Notes: generated by a model not told the origin, from the letters alone. Shown: positions 20,112 through 29,737, counted from the first letter of the stretch. The stretch: DNA of 64,000 nt from an uncultured virus (IMG/VR IMGVR_UViG_3300024264_000009) (IMGVR_UViG_3300024264_000009), one strand, 5' to 3'. Made by a program: numbers and translations.

Positions 20112-20233
20112 GTGTTATCTCCATCTCTATATTCTACACTATGTTTTGAAAACATTCTGTCTGATTTTCTTTGCATTGATTTCTCTATTTGAATATCAAA
20201 CCATTTTCTAAACCATTGTCTTAGTTTACCCAT
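20108..20233 (-). CDS. Small hypothetical protein (41 aa)
   Basis: MGKLRQWFRKWF...; start re-set to overlap the gp44 stop. Confidence 0.55.
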   Translation of the reverse strand: MGKLRQWFRKWFDIQIEKSMQRKSDRMFSKHSVEYRDGDNT

Positions 20234-21173
20234 CTTTGAATTTACACTCCGACATAATCTCGGTGAGACATGCAACGAAATTGATTTCACTATCCATTGC
20301 AAAAGCAGACTTGTATTGATAGTCTGCAATAATCAAAACACTTGCTGGAATACTAGAAGGTTCTAGTCTTTGTTCAAGTGTATTAAAGACCTTTCTAAAC
20401 AAAGTATCAAAATCATTATCACTATTTTGTGCAACCCACTTCCTCATAGAAGTCCAGTTCTTGTCCTTCATCATATCAATAAGTGGTGTTAGTTTCTCTT
20501 CGGCTAGTGTTGCAATAAGACCAGTGTCTATTACACCACTGACTCCATATCTTTGAACCTCGTTGATACACCTTCTGAAATCGGGGAAGAACTTTAATAT
20601 AAGTTCAACCAAAACCTTTTCGTCATACTTAATACTTTCGTTATCACAAATTTGTTTAAGTCTTGAAAGGAATATTCCAGCAAGTTGTTGTTTATCACTG
20701 GGTGTTAGTTTGAAGTCTATGACTGTTGTTCTTGAATGTAGTGGTTTAATAATTCTATTCTTGTAATTACAAGTAAAGATAAATCTACAGTTCGAAGAGA
20801 ACTCCTCTATGAAGTTTCTCAAGGCAGGTTGAACCGAGTCTGCAGAAATGTAATCTGCTTCATCAAGGATAACAACCTTTGACCCACCACTAAGTGAAAC
20901 TGTAGATGCAAAGTTTTTAATTTTAGTTCTTAAGGTATCAATCAAACGACCTTCGTCTGACCCATTGATTACTATAAAGTCTGCACCCAGTTCGTTGCAT
21001 AGTGCTTTTGCAATTGTTGTTTTACCAACACCAGCAGAACCACACAACATGAGATTTGGTATCTCTCCCTGTTTTACAAATTCTCTAAAAGTATTCTTAA
21101 TACCCTCGGGTAGTATCGTGTCCTCAATTGTTTGAGGACGATACTTTTCTACAAATAAAAATTCATTCATCAT
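20226..21173 (-). CDS. gp44: Clamp loader large subunit (AAA+)
   Basis: VEKYRP, GSAGVGKTT, ILDEAD, QPALRNFIEEFS, FPDFRR. Confidence 0.97.
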   Translation of the reverse strand: MMNEFLFVEKYRPQTIEDTILPEGIKNTFREFVKQGEIPNLMLCGSAGVGKTTIAKALCNELGADFIVINGSDEGRLIDTLRTKIKNFASTVSLSGGSKVVILDEADYISADSVQPALRNFIEEFSSNCRFIFTCNYKNRIIKPLHSRTTVIDFKLTPSDKQQLAGIFLSRLKQICDNESIKYDEKVLVELILKFFPDFRRCINEVQRYGVSGVIDTGLIATLAEEKLTPLIDMMKDKNWTSMRKWVAQNSDNDFDTLFRKVFNTLEQRLEPSSIPASVLIIADYQYKSAFAMDSEINFVACLTEIMSECKFKDG

Positions 21174-21288
21174 AAGAAGTTAAAACCCCTCCGAATTAAC
21201 TGTCATAAGAACCCTTGAAGATTGATGAGATGTCTTATGTCCCGTATGCATTGCAGAGACTAGTGCAACACTTACTCTTTTATTTAGG

Positions 21289-21957
21289 TTAAACATTGTA
21301 TTTTGAATCAGGCTCCAATGCAATAAAGTATTCTAAATCCACATCTTTGTTTTTAAAGTGTGAGATTCCTTTTGACGAAACTAATACTTCATAGTTTCCG
21401 TCCAAGACTTTAAGGTTCTCAATCTTAAAGTTCATAGTGTATGAAACACCATTTCCTTCACCCACGATTCTTGAGAATGTGTTTGAAGTTGCATTCTTCT
21501 TATCAGTCACTTCCAATTTAATTGTAGTTCCATTTGAAGAAAGAATTAAATCTCCGACACCTAGAACACTTGCTGCTTTCTGCAACTCGTTTAGAAGTGT
21601 AGAAGAGATATCAATACCGATTTCTGCATCAGGCATTGTTATCATTTTTTCGGGTGAAGTCACCATTCCTTCACTTGCATAAAAATACGCAAGACTAGAA
21701 TTTGTGTCTGCAACTGTTAGACTTGTATCACCGAATTCAAACTCGGGGTCTTCCAGTAAACTGGTTGCACCTAAAAACTCTGGCAGATTGTAGATACTGA
21801 AGTCTTGTGGAAAGTCTTCGGGTATCGTTGCAACTGCAAGAATGTTTTTCATATTAGAGATTGTTTGAAGTGTGTTTCCACTACTTACTTTAATCCCTTG
21901 GTTTATTGTTGAGAAATTTTTGAAGATATTCCTCGTATCATTACTAATTTTCATCAC
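21289..21957 (-). CDS. gp45: Sliding clamp
   Basis: KNFSTINQGI, FSIYNLPEFL, YFIALE. Confidence 0.95.
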   Translation of the reverse strand: MMKISNDTRNIFKNFSTINQGIKVSSGNTLQTISNMKNILAVATIPEDFPQDFSIYNLPEFLGATSLLEDPEFEFGDTSLTVADTNSSLAYFYASEGMVTSPEKMITMPDAEIGIDISSTLLNELQKAASVLGVGDLILSSNGTTIKLEVTDKKNATSNTFSRIVGEGNGVSYTMNFKIENLKVLDGNYEVLVSSKGISHFKNKDVDLEYFIALEPDSKYNV

Positions 21958-22262
21958 TTGTTAGCCTCCTTTATCGCTTTATCGTGAACGTGAAGCATGA
22001 ATAATGCATAGTGTAATACTTTAAGTATATCTGCACGATTCTTCCCACCTTTTTTTCCGTATCTTTGGGCATACTTCAGTATGTTCCCGATACAAAATCC
22101 TTCCCCATGACCACTGTCAATTATAAATTCAGTGGACTGGTATTTGTTTAAACTGTAGTGTTGGTCATAAGTTGTATCAATATACGTGGAGAACTCTTTA
22201 AGAAGTTCTCCCTCGTCATATTTGTAGTCAATTGGTTTTGACTTAGTCTTAAATAATCCCAT
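21954..22262 (-). CDS. DUF3310-like protein
   Basis: QHY...GFCIGNILKYAQRYGKK...DILKVLHY; start re-set to 22262. Confidence 0.8.
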   Translation of the reverse strand: MGLFKTKSKPIDYKYDEGELLKEFSTYIDTTYDQHYSLNKYQSTEFIIDSGHGEGFCIGNILKYAQRYGKKGGKNRADILKVLHYALFMLHVHDKAIKEANK

Positions 22263-22263
22263 A

Positions 22264-23511
22264 CTAGTCATTATACTCTGAAGACTCAGTTTCGTCAACT
22301 GGGTTTTCTGCATTCAAGTCTACTCCAGCATCAATCTTGGAGTAGAGGTCGAGGATACTATTTCTAGTCTCTTCGTCAAACCTTGAAATACACATAGTGA
22401 TTGACTTGAGTTTGTCGTCAAACATTCTGAATGCATTGACAATGTGAACCAATCTTCTAGTGGTAATAACATCATCAATAGCACCTTCATAGTAGGTTTT
22501 TCTGATAATGTCTGCCCAATCTACTAGTTTCTCACAGAATTCGTTATCGACTTCACCAGTCAATTCCATTTCTTTTTTAAGAATACTTCTTTCAGTAGTC
22601 ACTGGTGGATATTCCTGTTGCATGGTGATTGCAAATCTTTCCAACATGGCTTCATTCATGATTTGAGTTCCTATGAACTTTCCATCATCAGAACCTTGTC
22701 CTTTCGTGTTTGCAGTTGCAAGGATTGTGAAACCTTCTTTAGGTGAAACCCACTCACCAGTTTTCTTGATTAGGTATCCTTTACCTTCAAGAACTGATTG
22801 TAGACACATTAGTTTGTTAGAACCCAAGTCAACTTCGTCAAGAAGAAGGACAGCACCTTTTCTCATTGCTTTGATAACAGGGCCTTCTCTGAAGACGACA
22901 TTACCATTGACCAAAGTGTGACCACCCATTAGGTCGTCTTCGTCTGTCTCAATAGTGATATTGACTCTGAAGAGTTCTCTCTTCAATTGAGCACAAGTTT
23001 GTTCAATCATTAATGTTTTACCATTACCACTTAGTCCAGTAATGAATACTGGGAAAAAGATTTTAGATTTGATAATTCCTTTGACATCTTTGAAGTGTCC
23101 AAAAGGAACATAGTTTGACATTTTCTCGGGAATGATTTTTACATTGTCATTCACGTTAACAGTTTGAGTTGCAGCTGCAACTGGCATGTTTGAAACTGAT
23201 TGCATTGGTGCAACTGGAACAACTTTTGGTTGTTCTACTGGAGGAACTATTCCACTCTCGGAATATCCACCATTGTATCCACTGATTATTGCAGTAAGAT
23301 TAAAGACACCACTGTCTCTAAAATTATACCTAGAAGATTTCACCCAATATGGGAACGTCCCAACATTGTCAATTTCTTCTTTAGTAAAAACCGATTGATT
23401 CGGATATTTAGATATCAACGTATCTAAAAATTCCTTCCTATCGGGTGTGTAGTGAAACGGCTTTCCCATCACGTCAATCGATTCACTTCTGTCATAACTT
23501 CTTTTATCCAT
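22264..23511 (-). CDS. CobS-like/MoxR-type AAA+ ATPase
   Basis: GLSGNGKT, RVNITIETDEDDL, LLLDEVD, ATANTKGQG, NEAMLERF; AAGGAG RBS before 23511. Confidence 0.92.
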   Translation of the reverse strand: MDKRSYDRSESIDVMGKPFHYTPDRKEFLDTLISKYPNQSVFTKEEIDNVGTFPYWVKSSRYNFRDSGVFNLTAIISGYNGGYSESGIVPPVEQPKVVPVAPMQSVSNMPVAAATQTVNVNDNVKIIPEKMSNYVPFGHFKDVKGIIKSKIFFPVFITGLSGNGKTLMIEQTCAQLKRELFRVNITIETDEDDLMGGHTLVNGNVVFREGPVIKAMRKGAVLLLDEVDLGSNKLMCLQSVLEGKGYLIKKTGEWVSPKEGFTILATANTKGQGSDDGKFIGTQIMNEAMLERFAITMQQEYPPVTTERSILKKEMELTGEVDNEFCEKLVDWADIIRKTYYEGAIDDVITTRRLVHIVNAFRMFDDKLKSITMCISRFDEETRNSILDLYSKIDAGVDLNAENPVDETESSEYND

Positions 23512-23560
23512 ATTATAGTCTCCTTTTAAGTTGTTATTAGTTATTTTTCTCATCTTGTAT

Positions 23561-23590
23561 AGTATACTAAAAAGTGAGGGTCATTGTCAA
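23561..23590 (-). promoter_or_regulatory. Early sigma70-type promoter (repeat copy 1)
   Basis: TTGACA-ATGACCCTCACTTTTTAG-TATACT. Confidence 0.85.
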
Positions 23591-23598
23591 GTCTTTTT

Positions 23599-23844
23599 CT
23601 ATTTAATTGACTCAAATCTAGTCCCCATTTTCAGTTGTTGTTTCTCATTCAGTTCACCACCATTGTTGACCCAAATTCTAAACGCAAAACATTCCTTCTC
23701 TTCAGTTTTACATTCATTGAACATAGGACAATCATATCTGACGCAAGGTGAAGGCCCCACGTCCATGACTGCATCTGCAAATTTACTGTAATCTGAATCA
23801 TGTGAAATGTAATATGCTTCGTCTACTCTTAATGTATCTCTCAT
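23599..23844 (-). CDS. Cys-rich hypothetical protein
   Basis: C..C..C..C pattern; 81 aa. Confidence 0.7.
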   Translation of the reverse strand: MRDTLRVDEAYYISHDSDYSKFADAVMDVGPSPCVRYDCPMFNECKTEEKECFAFRIWVNNGGELNEKQQLKMGTRFESIK

Positions 23845-24053
23845 GTTAATTCTCCCATAACAAAGTTTAAGTCATATGACTTGTGAAGTAGTGTCACTTC
23901 AAATGTGTCTAGCACAAAGTCGTGTTCTACAAGATAAGGTGCTTCAACACCTTTGGTTTCTTTTAATAGGTCAACCCTATATGTGAAATCTTTATATTGA
24001 TTTCTGTCTAATGTGAATGTTTCATTCATCATATCTTTACTTTCTATTTGCAT
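23841..24053 (-). CDS. Hypothetical protein
   Basis: 70-aa ORF coupled to its neighbours. Confidence 0.7.
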   Translation of the reverse strand: MQIESKDMMNETFTLDRNQYKDFTYRVDLLKETKGVEAPYLVEHDFVLDTFEVTLLHKSYDLNFVMGELT

Positions 24054-26443
24054 TATGCAATCTCCTTTATAAATTCGTTAGTTAAAAATCTTGAAGTGGT
24101 TTTTGATTTCTGATTTCTTTTGAAGGCAGCCATTACTCTAACCTTCTTCGCATCAATAAATTCCTCTCCAAGTTCGTCATTTCCAGCAGTTCCTAAGTTG
24201 TTAGCTGCAGTGAAAAATAATTTGTTGTATCCATGAGCAGTGAAAATTTTTCCTTCTTTTCTAATCTCTTTCCATGCAGTATCAACGTCAGTTTTTCTAT
24301 ACTCGTTAGTGTGTTCTAGAACACCATAAAGGTCTTGTTTTCTTCCGAGAACAAAGTATCCAGTGACAATAACACCAGTAGTTTCTGATAACCAGTCTAA
24401 TAGGTTTTGAGTTGTTTTGAAATTATTTCTTCCATAATAATCAGACTTACTTTCCAGTGGAAACACTTTGTTTAAGAATGGGTCAATCATATCTCTAGAT
24501 TTTTTACTTCTGAAATAATATCCATCTGAATCTTCCATTGTCTTTTCTTGATTTCTGTAATCTTCCTTTTCCTCAGTTCCTTTTTGAAGGAAGTCGGCAC
24601 CATGAGAATAACCATCAGTGATAACTGTTAGGATTGACTTCTCAATTCCGTATTGTGCATTGAACTCGGGAAGTAGTTGTCTAAGTGCAACAAGTGTTTG
24701 GTCAAGTGGAGTTCCACCTAGTCTATAGTCTTGAGGTCTGAAGTTGCACTCCAAATCCCAGTAGCTTCTATCTGCAGTGATTGATTCGAACTCACCGAAG
24801 AACTCGTTATATAATGCAATAGATTTTTCATAGTTTCTCCAAGAGATTTTCTGACTGAAGTAGTTTGCATAAATGCAACCCAAGTATCCCAACATTTCTT
24901 TGTGTTGTCTATTGTTCATTTCGTTAGACATAATCTCAATGAGTTTACCTTCATTGTTTCCGAAACCATACTCATCTTTATTTGAATCAGAATATGCATC
25001 AGAGAAAAGGTATACTCTATAAGGAATGTTAACTTTTCTACAGAACATTGCAAGTATCATTGATTGTTCTAATAGGTCTGTCACTTCGTCACAGATTGAA
25101 CCACTCCAATCAAGTAAAACAGTCAACCCGTGGTTTTTACCTTCGGGAAGATATGTAGCTCTTTTGAAAATGTCATCAACGATTTGGTATTTTGCAAGTC
25201 TATTCATATCTAACTTACCAGTTTTACCACTGAATGCTTTCTTGGAAAGTTGTGCAGACTGTTTCATTTCAAATTCCTTTGCCATGTGAGCAACAATCTT
25301 TTTGTTTTTGTTTTCTATTTTCTTTCCAGTGAAAAGACCTCTCTCATAATTTTTAGTCCAATTTTCTTGAGTCTTATACTCGGGACATACACCCACGTAT
25401 TCTCTCCAATCAGATAGAACTTGTTTGAAAGGAAGAACTACTTTATGCATATCATTTTTTGCAAAAACTTCTTTTAGATTGATTTGAGTTTTGATAATGT
25501 TTTCGTCTGAAAGAAATTGTTCTTCATTGTTATGTGCAAAGTGTTCAGTGATTGATTCCCTTGCACCATCTTTTTCGTCATGATAACCTTGGTCTTTACC
25601 ACCTTCTTTACCACCAGTAGACTTGACTTGTTGTTCTGCATCATCAGTGTCACCTTCTTGTTCTGCTTCTTCCTCTGAAGTGTCACCACTGTCAATGTTA
25701 TCGTTTAACTCGGGAAGTGAATCCTCTTCTGCATCATCTTCGTCTGAATCACCACCATCAGCAGATTCTTGAGATTCGTTTTCCATCTCTTCCATTTCTG
25801 ATTCTTCTTCGTCACCCTCTTCTCCATCTTCATCAAGGTCAAACATTTGAGGAACTAACATCTCATCATCTTCAGTCCTTGTCTCATTCTCTTTAGACCA
25901 CTCATAGATTGCAGTAGCACATTCAACAACGTCTTCCCAAGTCTTACATGCTTCTGACATGTCTAAGAATTCTTGTTCTACTTTATTGAACTGAAGACCA
26001 AGTCTTGAACCGACCTTAGTTTGTAAATTGATTTTATCAATCAATGAAAGTTCTGAAAGATTTCTTTCCTTAAGTTGGAAGAAGTCCATTGTCATTAATT
26101 CATTGTATGCAGTAAAGAAAGATTTTCTCAATCCTTGGAATTTGTTTTTGATTGCTTTCTCAATCCTAACGTCTTCTACAACATTAAGATATCCTTTAAG
26201 TGTTCTATTCATTTCTAATGCAGAGTGAAGACCCTCGTAAGGTGTATTCAATGCATGTCCAACTTCATGTCCCATGAATAGGTCATAAAGTTCACTACTG
26301 ATATCTTCCTTAAAGATAGGACAAGCAAGTATCCTATTCTTTACATCAAAATATGCAGTTGGTATTTTCTTATGGACAACAGTGATATTCTCTGCAGCCA
26401 TTAATTTTGCTAATTGGTCTTTTTGTCTAGTTATTTTTGTCAT
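24053..26443 (-). CDS. Metallopeptidase-like + VWA domain protein (CobT-like partner of the AAA ATPase)
   Basis: HEVGH..NVVEDVRIE, acidic linker, MIDAS LLDWSGS, GGTPL, ITDG. Confidence 0.88.
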   Translation of the reverse strand: MTKITRQKDQLAKLMAAENITVVHKKIPTAYFDVKNRILACPIFKEDISSELYDLFMGHEVGHALNTPYEGLHSALEMNRTLKGYLNVVEDVRIEKAIKNKFQGLRKSFFTAYNELMTMDFFQLKERNLSELSLIDKINLQTKVGSRLGLQFNKVEQEFLDMSEACKTWEDVVECATAIYEWSKENETRTEDDEMLVPQMFDLDEDGEEGDEEESEMEEMENESQESADGGDSDEDDAEEDSLPELNDNIDSGDTSEEEAEQEGDTDDAEQQVKSTGGKEGGKDQGYHDEKDGARESITEHFAHNNEEQFLSDENIIKTQINLKEVFAKNDMHKVVLPFKQVLSDWREYVGVCPEYKTQENWTKNYERGLFTGKKIENKNKKIVAHMAKEFEMKQSAQLSKKAFSGKTGKLDMNRLAKYQIVDDIFKRATYLPEGKNHGLTVLLDWSGSICDEVTDLLEQSMILAMFCRKVNIPYRVYLFSDAYSDSNKDEYGFGNNEGKLIEIMSNEMNNRQHKEMLGYLGCIYANYFSQKISWRNYEKSIALYNEFFGEFESITADRSYWDLECNFRPQDYRLGGTPLDQTLVALRQLLPEFNAQYGIEKSILTVITDGYSHGADFLQKGTEEKEDYRNQEKTMEDSDGYYFRSKKSRDMIDPFLNKVFPLESKSDYYGRNNFKTTQNLLDWLSETTGVIVTGYFVLGRKQDLYGVLEHTNEYRKTDVDTAWKEIRKEGKIFTAHGYNKLFFTAANNLGTAGNDELGEEFIDAKKVRVMAAFKRNQKSKTTSRFLTNEFIKEIA

Positions 26444-26449
26444 GTTTAT

Positions 26450-26479
26450 AGTATACTAAAAAGTGAAGGTCATTGTCAA
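26450..26479 (-). promoter_or_regulatory. Early sigma70-type promoter (repeat copy 2)
   Basis: TTGACA-ATGACCTTCACTTTTTAG-TATACT, 6 nt before the ATG. Confidence 0.85.
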
Positions 26480-26652
26480 CGCTTGAGAGTAATAAATTTT
26501 CTCCTTGATTTTGAAAATTGTTTCATTGGGGATTTGAAGATAATCTCTTCTTTGGTTCCAGTCTTGATGTATCCAACTAAGTGTCCAGCATCATTGACTA
26601 TGTAAGTGTGATTGGATATTTCCCAATCTGTAATCTCTTTAAGATATTTCAT
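26476..26652 (-). CDS. Small hypothetical early protein
   Basis: MKYLKEITDW..NHTYIV...FSKSRRKF; TAATG coupling. Confidence 0.7.
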   Translation of the reverse strand: MKYLKEITDWEISNHTYIVNDAGHLVGYIKTGTKEEIIFKSPMKQFSKSRRKFITLKR

Positions 26653-26960
26653 TAAGCTACAAGTGTCTCCCATGAACCACTACAACCTATTGCAGAGTTG
26701 TCTCCACCTTGTCCTTCATACCACCATTCCATATTTAAACCTTTGAATGATTGTGCATAGATAATTGCATTGAATCTCATATCATCAACTCTTTGACCAA
26801 TACTGTCTATTTCGTAAAATTTACCTTCGATAAAGGGGAAGTCGTTATTAACAACTTTAGTAATAACACCTTCATAGGTTTTACCACTTTGTTCGTATTT
26901 GACTGAATCATATTCAGTAAGATAGTTTATATTATTCACATTTTCTCCTTGTTTTTTCAT
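26652..26960 (-). CDS. Hypothetical early protein
   Basis: Follows an early promoter; alternative GTG start at 26939 with AAGGAG. Confidence 0.7.
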   Translation of the reverse strand: MKKQGENVNNINYLTEYDSVKYEQSGKTYEGVITKVVNNDFPFIEGKFYEIDSIGQRVDDMRFNAIIYAQSFKGLNMEWWYEGQGGDNSAIGCSGSWETLVA

Positions 26961-26969
26961 TATATACAT

Positions 26970-26999
26970 AGTATACCAAAAAGTGACACCCATTGTCAA
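26970..26999 (-). promoter_or_regulatory. Early sigma70-type promoter (repeat copy 3)
   Basis: TTGACA-ATGGGTGTCACTTTTTGG-TATACT. Confidence 0.85.
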
Positions 27000-27014
27000 A
27001 TTTATTTTTTGCCT

Positions 27015-27037
27015 AAAAAAACCCCAAACGGGGTTTT
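27015..27037 (-). terminator. Intrinsic terminator
   Basis: AAAACCCC..GGGGTTTTTTT hairpin with U tract. Confidence 0.65.
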
Positions 27038-27061
27038 ACTATCATTTTTGGGGTGTCATTG

Positions 27062-27727
27062 TCAAGTCTCTGAGCGTCTCAATGTGACATGGTCAAGGGA
27101 TAAGTCTCTAGTTCTAGAATCAGTTATAATCCTGTCTCTATCTGCAGTGAACCATTGAGATATAGTGTATCTAGCACCTCTTCTAACGGGATATACACCA
27201 TGTTTTAGGTCTACTCCTCTAAATACTACCCCTGTTCCTAATACGGGGGTTATAATCTCACCACTTGGCCCCTCATCGGGAAAATAAGTCTCACCACCTT
27301 GGAAGGATTCATGACCATTTATATAAAGAATAACAGTCCATTCTCTACTTAGTCCGTCCTTTTTAACGTTATCGTTTCTTAAATCGACATCAGATAATTC
27401 ATCTGTATGTGGTTCTTGAACACCACCTATATCCCACTCATTAAGTGCAGACATTTCGGGATATACTCTTTCACCTGTATTTTTGTATATCTCACCAATA
27501 ACGTCAAAAGATAGTCTATTAAAGATATCTCGAACCCATTGAGTGTGAATATGCAATATGTTTATTGCAGTGTAATCTGACCCGTCTCCTATTGTTTTAA
27601 GATGCGAGTGTTTCTTCAGATACAGAATCAGTTCTTTCGATTCCTTCTCCGTTATCAGATTCGGAAGTAGTAAGACTTTCTCGTTCTTGTATTGCTCTTG
27701 CGTATGCAATTCTTGTTTCATAATCAA
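27062..27727 (-). CDS. 2OG-Fe(II) oxygenase (prolyl-hydroxylase-like)
   Basis: HTD, ILYIN..FQGGET, HGV..V..GARYTI. Confidence 0.9.
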   Translation of the reverse strand: MIMKQELHTQEQYKNEKVLLLPNLITEKESKELILYLKKHSHLKTIGDGSDYTAINILHIHTQWVRDIFNRLSFDVIGEIYKNTGERVYPEMSALNEWDIGGVQEPHTDELSDVDLRNDNVKKDGLSREWTVILYINGHESFQGGETYFPDEGPSGEIITPVLGTGVVFRGVDLKHGVYPVRRGARYTISQWFTADRDRIITDSRTRDLSLDHVTLRRSET

Positions 27728-28223
27728 TTCTCTTTTTTCTCTCTTTTGGTCGTGATTTTAATGCACGTTCCAGTTTAAGTCTAGATGCACGTTGTAGGAA
27801 TAGTATTCCATTTAAATGGTCACATTCATGTTGAACACACCTTGCACCTAAACCAGTTAAGTGTATTATGTGTTCTTCACCCTCTGCATCTTGATATTTA
27901 AGTTCTATCTCTTTTGACCTTTTTATCATTAGATAAATGTCGGGGAAGGATAGACAACCCTCTTTCATTAAATCAGTTTCTTGAGATGCTTTAGTAATCT
28001 CGGGATTAAAAAATGCTTTAGTTCCACTATCTGCAGTTTTCATTACAAAAATTCTGTAGTTCAATCCAACTTGATTTGCAGATAATCCTATACCACCAAA
28101 TTGTTCCATAGCAGATGCCATGTTGATTTCTATCTCTTTGGGGTCTTCGGGTGGGTTCTCGAAATCAAATTCGGGTGGTGGTGTTCGTAAGACCTTTGAG
28201 GCCTCTTCTATCAATTCTAACAT
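27597..28223 (-). CDS. def: Peptide deformylase
   Basis: GIGLSANQVG, EGCLS, QHECDHLNG. Confidence 0.96.
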   Translation of the reverse strand: MLELIEEASKVLRTPPPEFDFENPPEDPKEIEINMASAMEQFGGIGLSANQVGLNYRIFVMKTADSGTKAFFNPEITKASQETDLMKEGCLSFPDIYLMIKRSKEIELKYQDAEGEEHIIHLTGLGARCVQHECDHLNGILFLQRASRLKLERALKSRPKERKKRIDYETRIAYARAIQERESLTTSESDNGEGIERTDSVSEETLAS

Positions 28224-28224
28224 A

Positions 28225-29724
28225 TTATAACGGGTAAACCCCTCCTCCTTTGACTCTTACATCTGAAATTTGAAATCCAAAGAAATACAAGATTGCATTC
28301 CATATTTTTGCACCTTGTTTCTTAATCCAATTAAATGCATTCTGTATTCTCTTAGTAATCTCATTAAGAATTTTCTTGGCTGCATTTGCAACCTTAGAAG
28401 AAAACTCTTTTGACATTTTCATAAGTTTATTTATCAGTTGTGATTCAGTTAGATTTTCTACCTCTTCTGTTAAGAAAAGATTTGAATTTCCACATTCGTT
28501 GTGTATGATATCTGAGAGGGTGTCCATGTTTAATTTTTGTTTTGCTTTCTTACTTCTTAAAGAAAGATATGGTGAACTTTTACCACTCGATTTGAATGAC
28601 ACATAAAAGTCATTTCCCGAGGCAAGTGCTCCACCATGTTTGATTGGGTCTCTTAAGTTTTGAACATGTGAAAGACCTCCACCTTCATAGAAGGTTGCAA
28701 TCATTGTTGCAGTTGGCCAAGTGTCTTTACCGAACTTTGCATGACCAGTTGCAGCTTCATAACAAAATAGTTTTTTCAATTCGTCATTACCATTAAAGGT
28801 TTTTTCTAATCTTTGATTGAGTTCTTGTGCATAGTTATGTCCAATATCTAATTCTGCAAGTTTATCTTCTTCTTCTCTTGATAATTTGTCTTTACCTTTA
28901 AGTTGTTCTAAGTCACCTACCGCACCTTTATGAGATAACTTAATCATTTTCTCTTCTAGTTCTTTGACTAATTTTTGTGCTTCTTTTTGACCACTGGAAG
29001 AGTTTCCATATGCTCTCATTGCAGCCTCTACTGTAGATATTGCTTCTGCTTTACCAGCAGACATTAACTGAGAACCACCCGATTTTTTAAGTGATACTCT
29101 AATATTACCACTCTTATCCATAAGGTCGGTTTTAGGTGTAGTGTTTGTTCCTTTCCATTCGTTAGAAAGTCCACCTACTTTCATAGAACCAGTTTGTTTA
29201 AGTTCTGATATACCTAACTTGTTTTTGAAATCTATTGCAGTTTTCATTGCAGACTCTTCCCAATCAGTCCAATACTTATCGAATCTCAACCACTCGGGTG
29301 AGTTATAGTCTATACCTTTTCCTAATTTTTGAAGTCCTACTGCAATACCAGCTTCCCAATCTTCACCAGTTGGATTTGCTTGATTTACAGTTGAAAAACC
29401 ATTACCACCTTTAAGAATATTCCCTAATGTAGTTCCAAACACCATTTTTAAGTTCTTAGGTGTCCATAGTGTTAAGTCTTTTTCGTCTCCAGCAGATTGT
29501 AGTTCACTGGATAATTCATACCAAAGGTCTTTGTCTTTTATCTTAAGTTCGTTTCCGTCCTTATCAAGTAATATTCCGTCTTCTGCTTTTTGTAAGAATC
29601 CACCCCTATTTTGTCTTTTGAATAGGTCTCCCTTAGACATTTTAGAACCTTCAGATATAACTTTAGGTAAGTCTAATTTGACTCCTTCGTATGTTGGATT
29701 AGTAAACTCTGAGAATGATTTCAT
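28225..29724 (-). CDS. Hypothetical late protein, possible PD-(D/E)xK-like fold or internal virion protein
   Basis: Starts MKSFSEF 5 nt after TATAAATA; E...PKTD...VSLK motif. Confidence 0.7.
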   Translation of the reverse strand: MKSFSEFTNPTYEGVKLDLPKVISEGSKMSKGDLFKRQNRGGFLQKAEDGILLDKDGNELKIKDKDLWYELSSELQSAGDEKDLTLWTPKNLKMVFGTTLGNILKGGNGFSTVNQANPTGEDWEAGIAVGLQKLGKGIDYNSPEWLRFDKYWTDWEESAMKTAIDFKNKLGISELKQTGSMKVGGLSNEWKGTNTTPKTDLMDKSGNIRVSLKKSGGSQLMSAGKAEAISTVEAAMRAYGNSSSGQKEAQKLVKELEEKMIKLSHKGAVGDLEQLKGKDKLSREEEDKLAELDIGHNYAQELNQRLEKTFNGNDELKKLFCYEAATGHAKFGKDTWPTATMIATFYEGGGLSHVQNLRDPIKHGGALASGNDFYVSFKSSGKSSPYLSLRSKKAKQKLNMDTLSDIIHNECGNSNLFLTEEVENLTESQLINKLMKMSKEFSSKVANAAKKILNEITKRIQNAFNWIKKQGAKIWNAILYFFGFQISDVRVKGGGVYPL

Positions 29725-29737
29725 ACTACTATTTATA

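Noticed and set aside
22264..23511. Cobalamin biosynthesis pathway
   Set aside because: Only a CobS-like ATPase and a VWA protein are present; there is no cobN or other cob gene.
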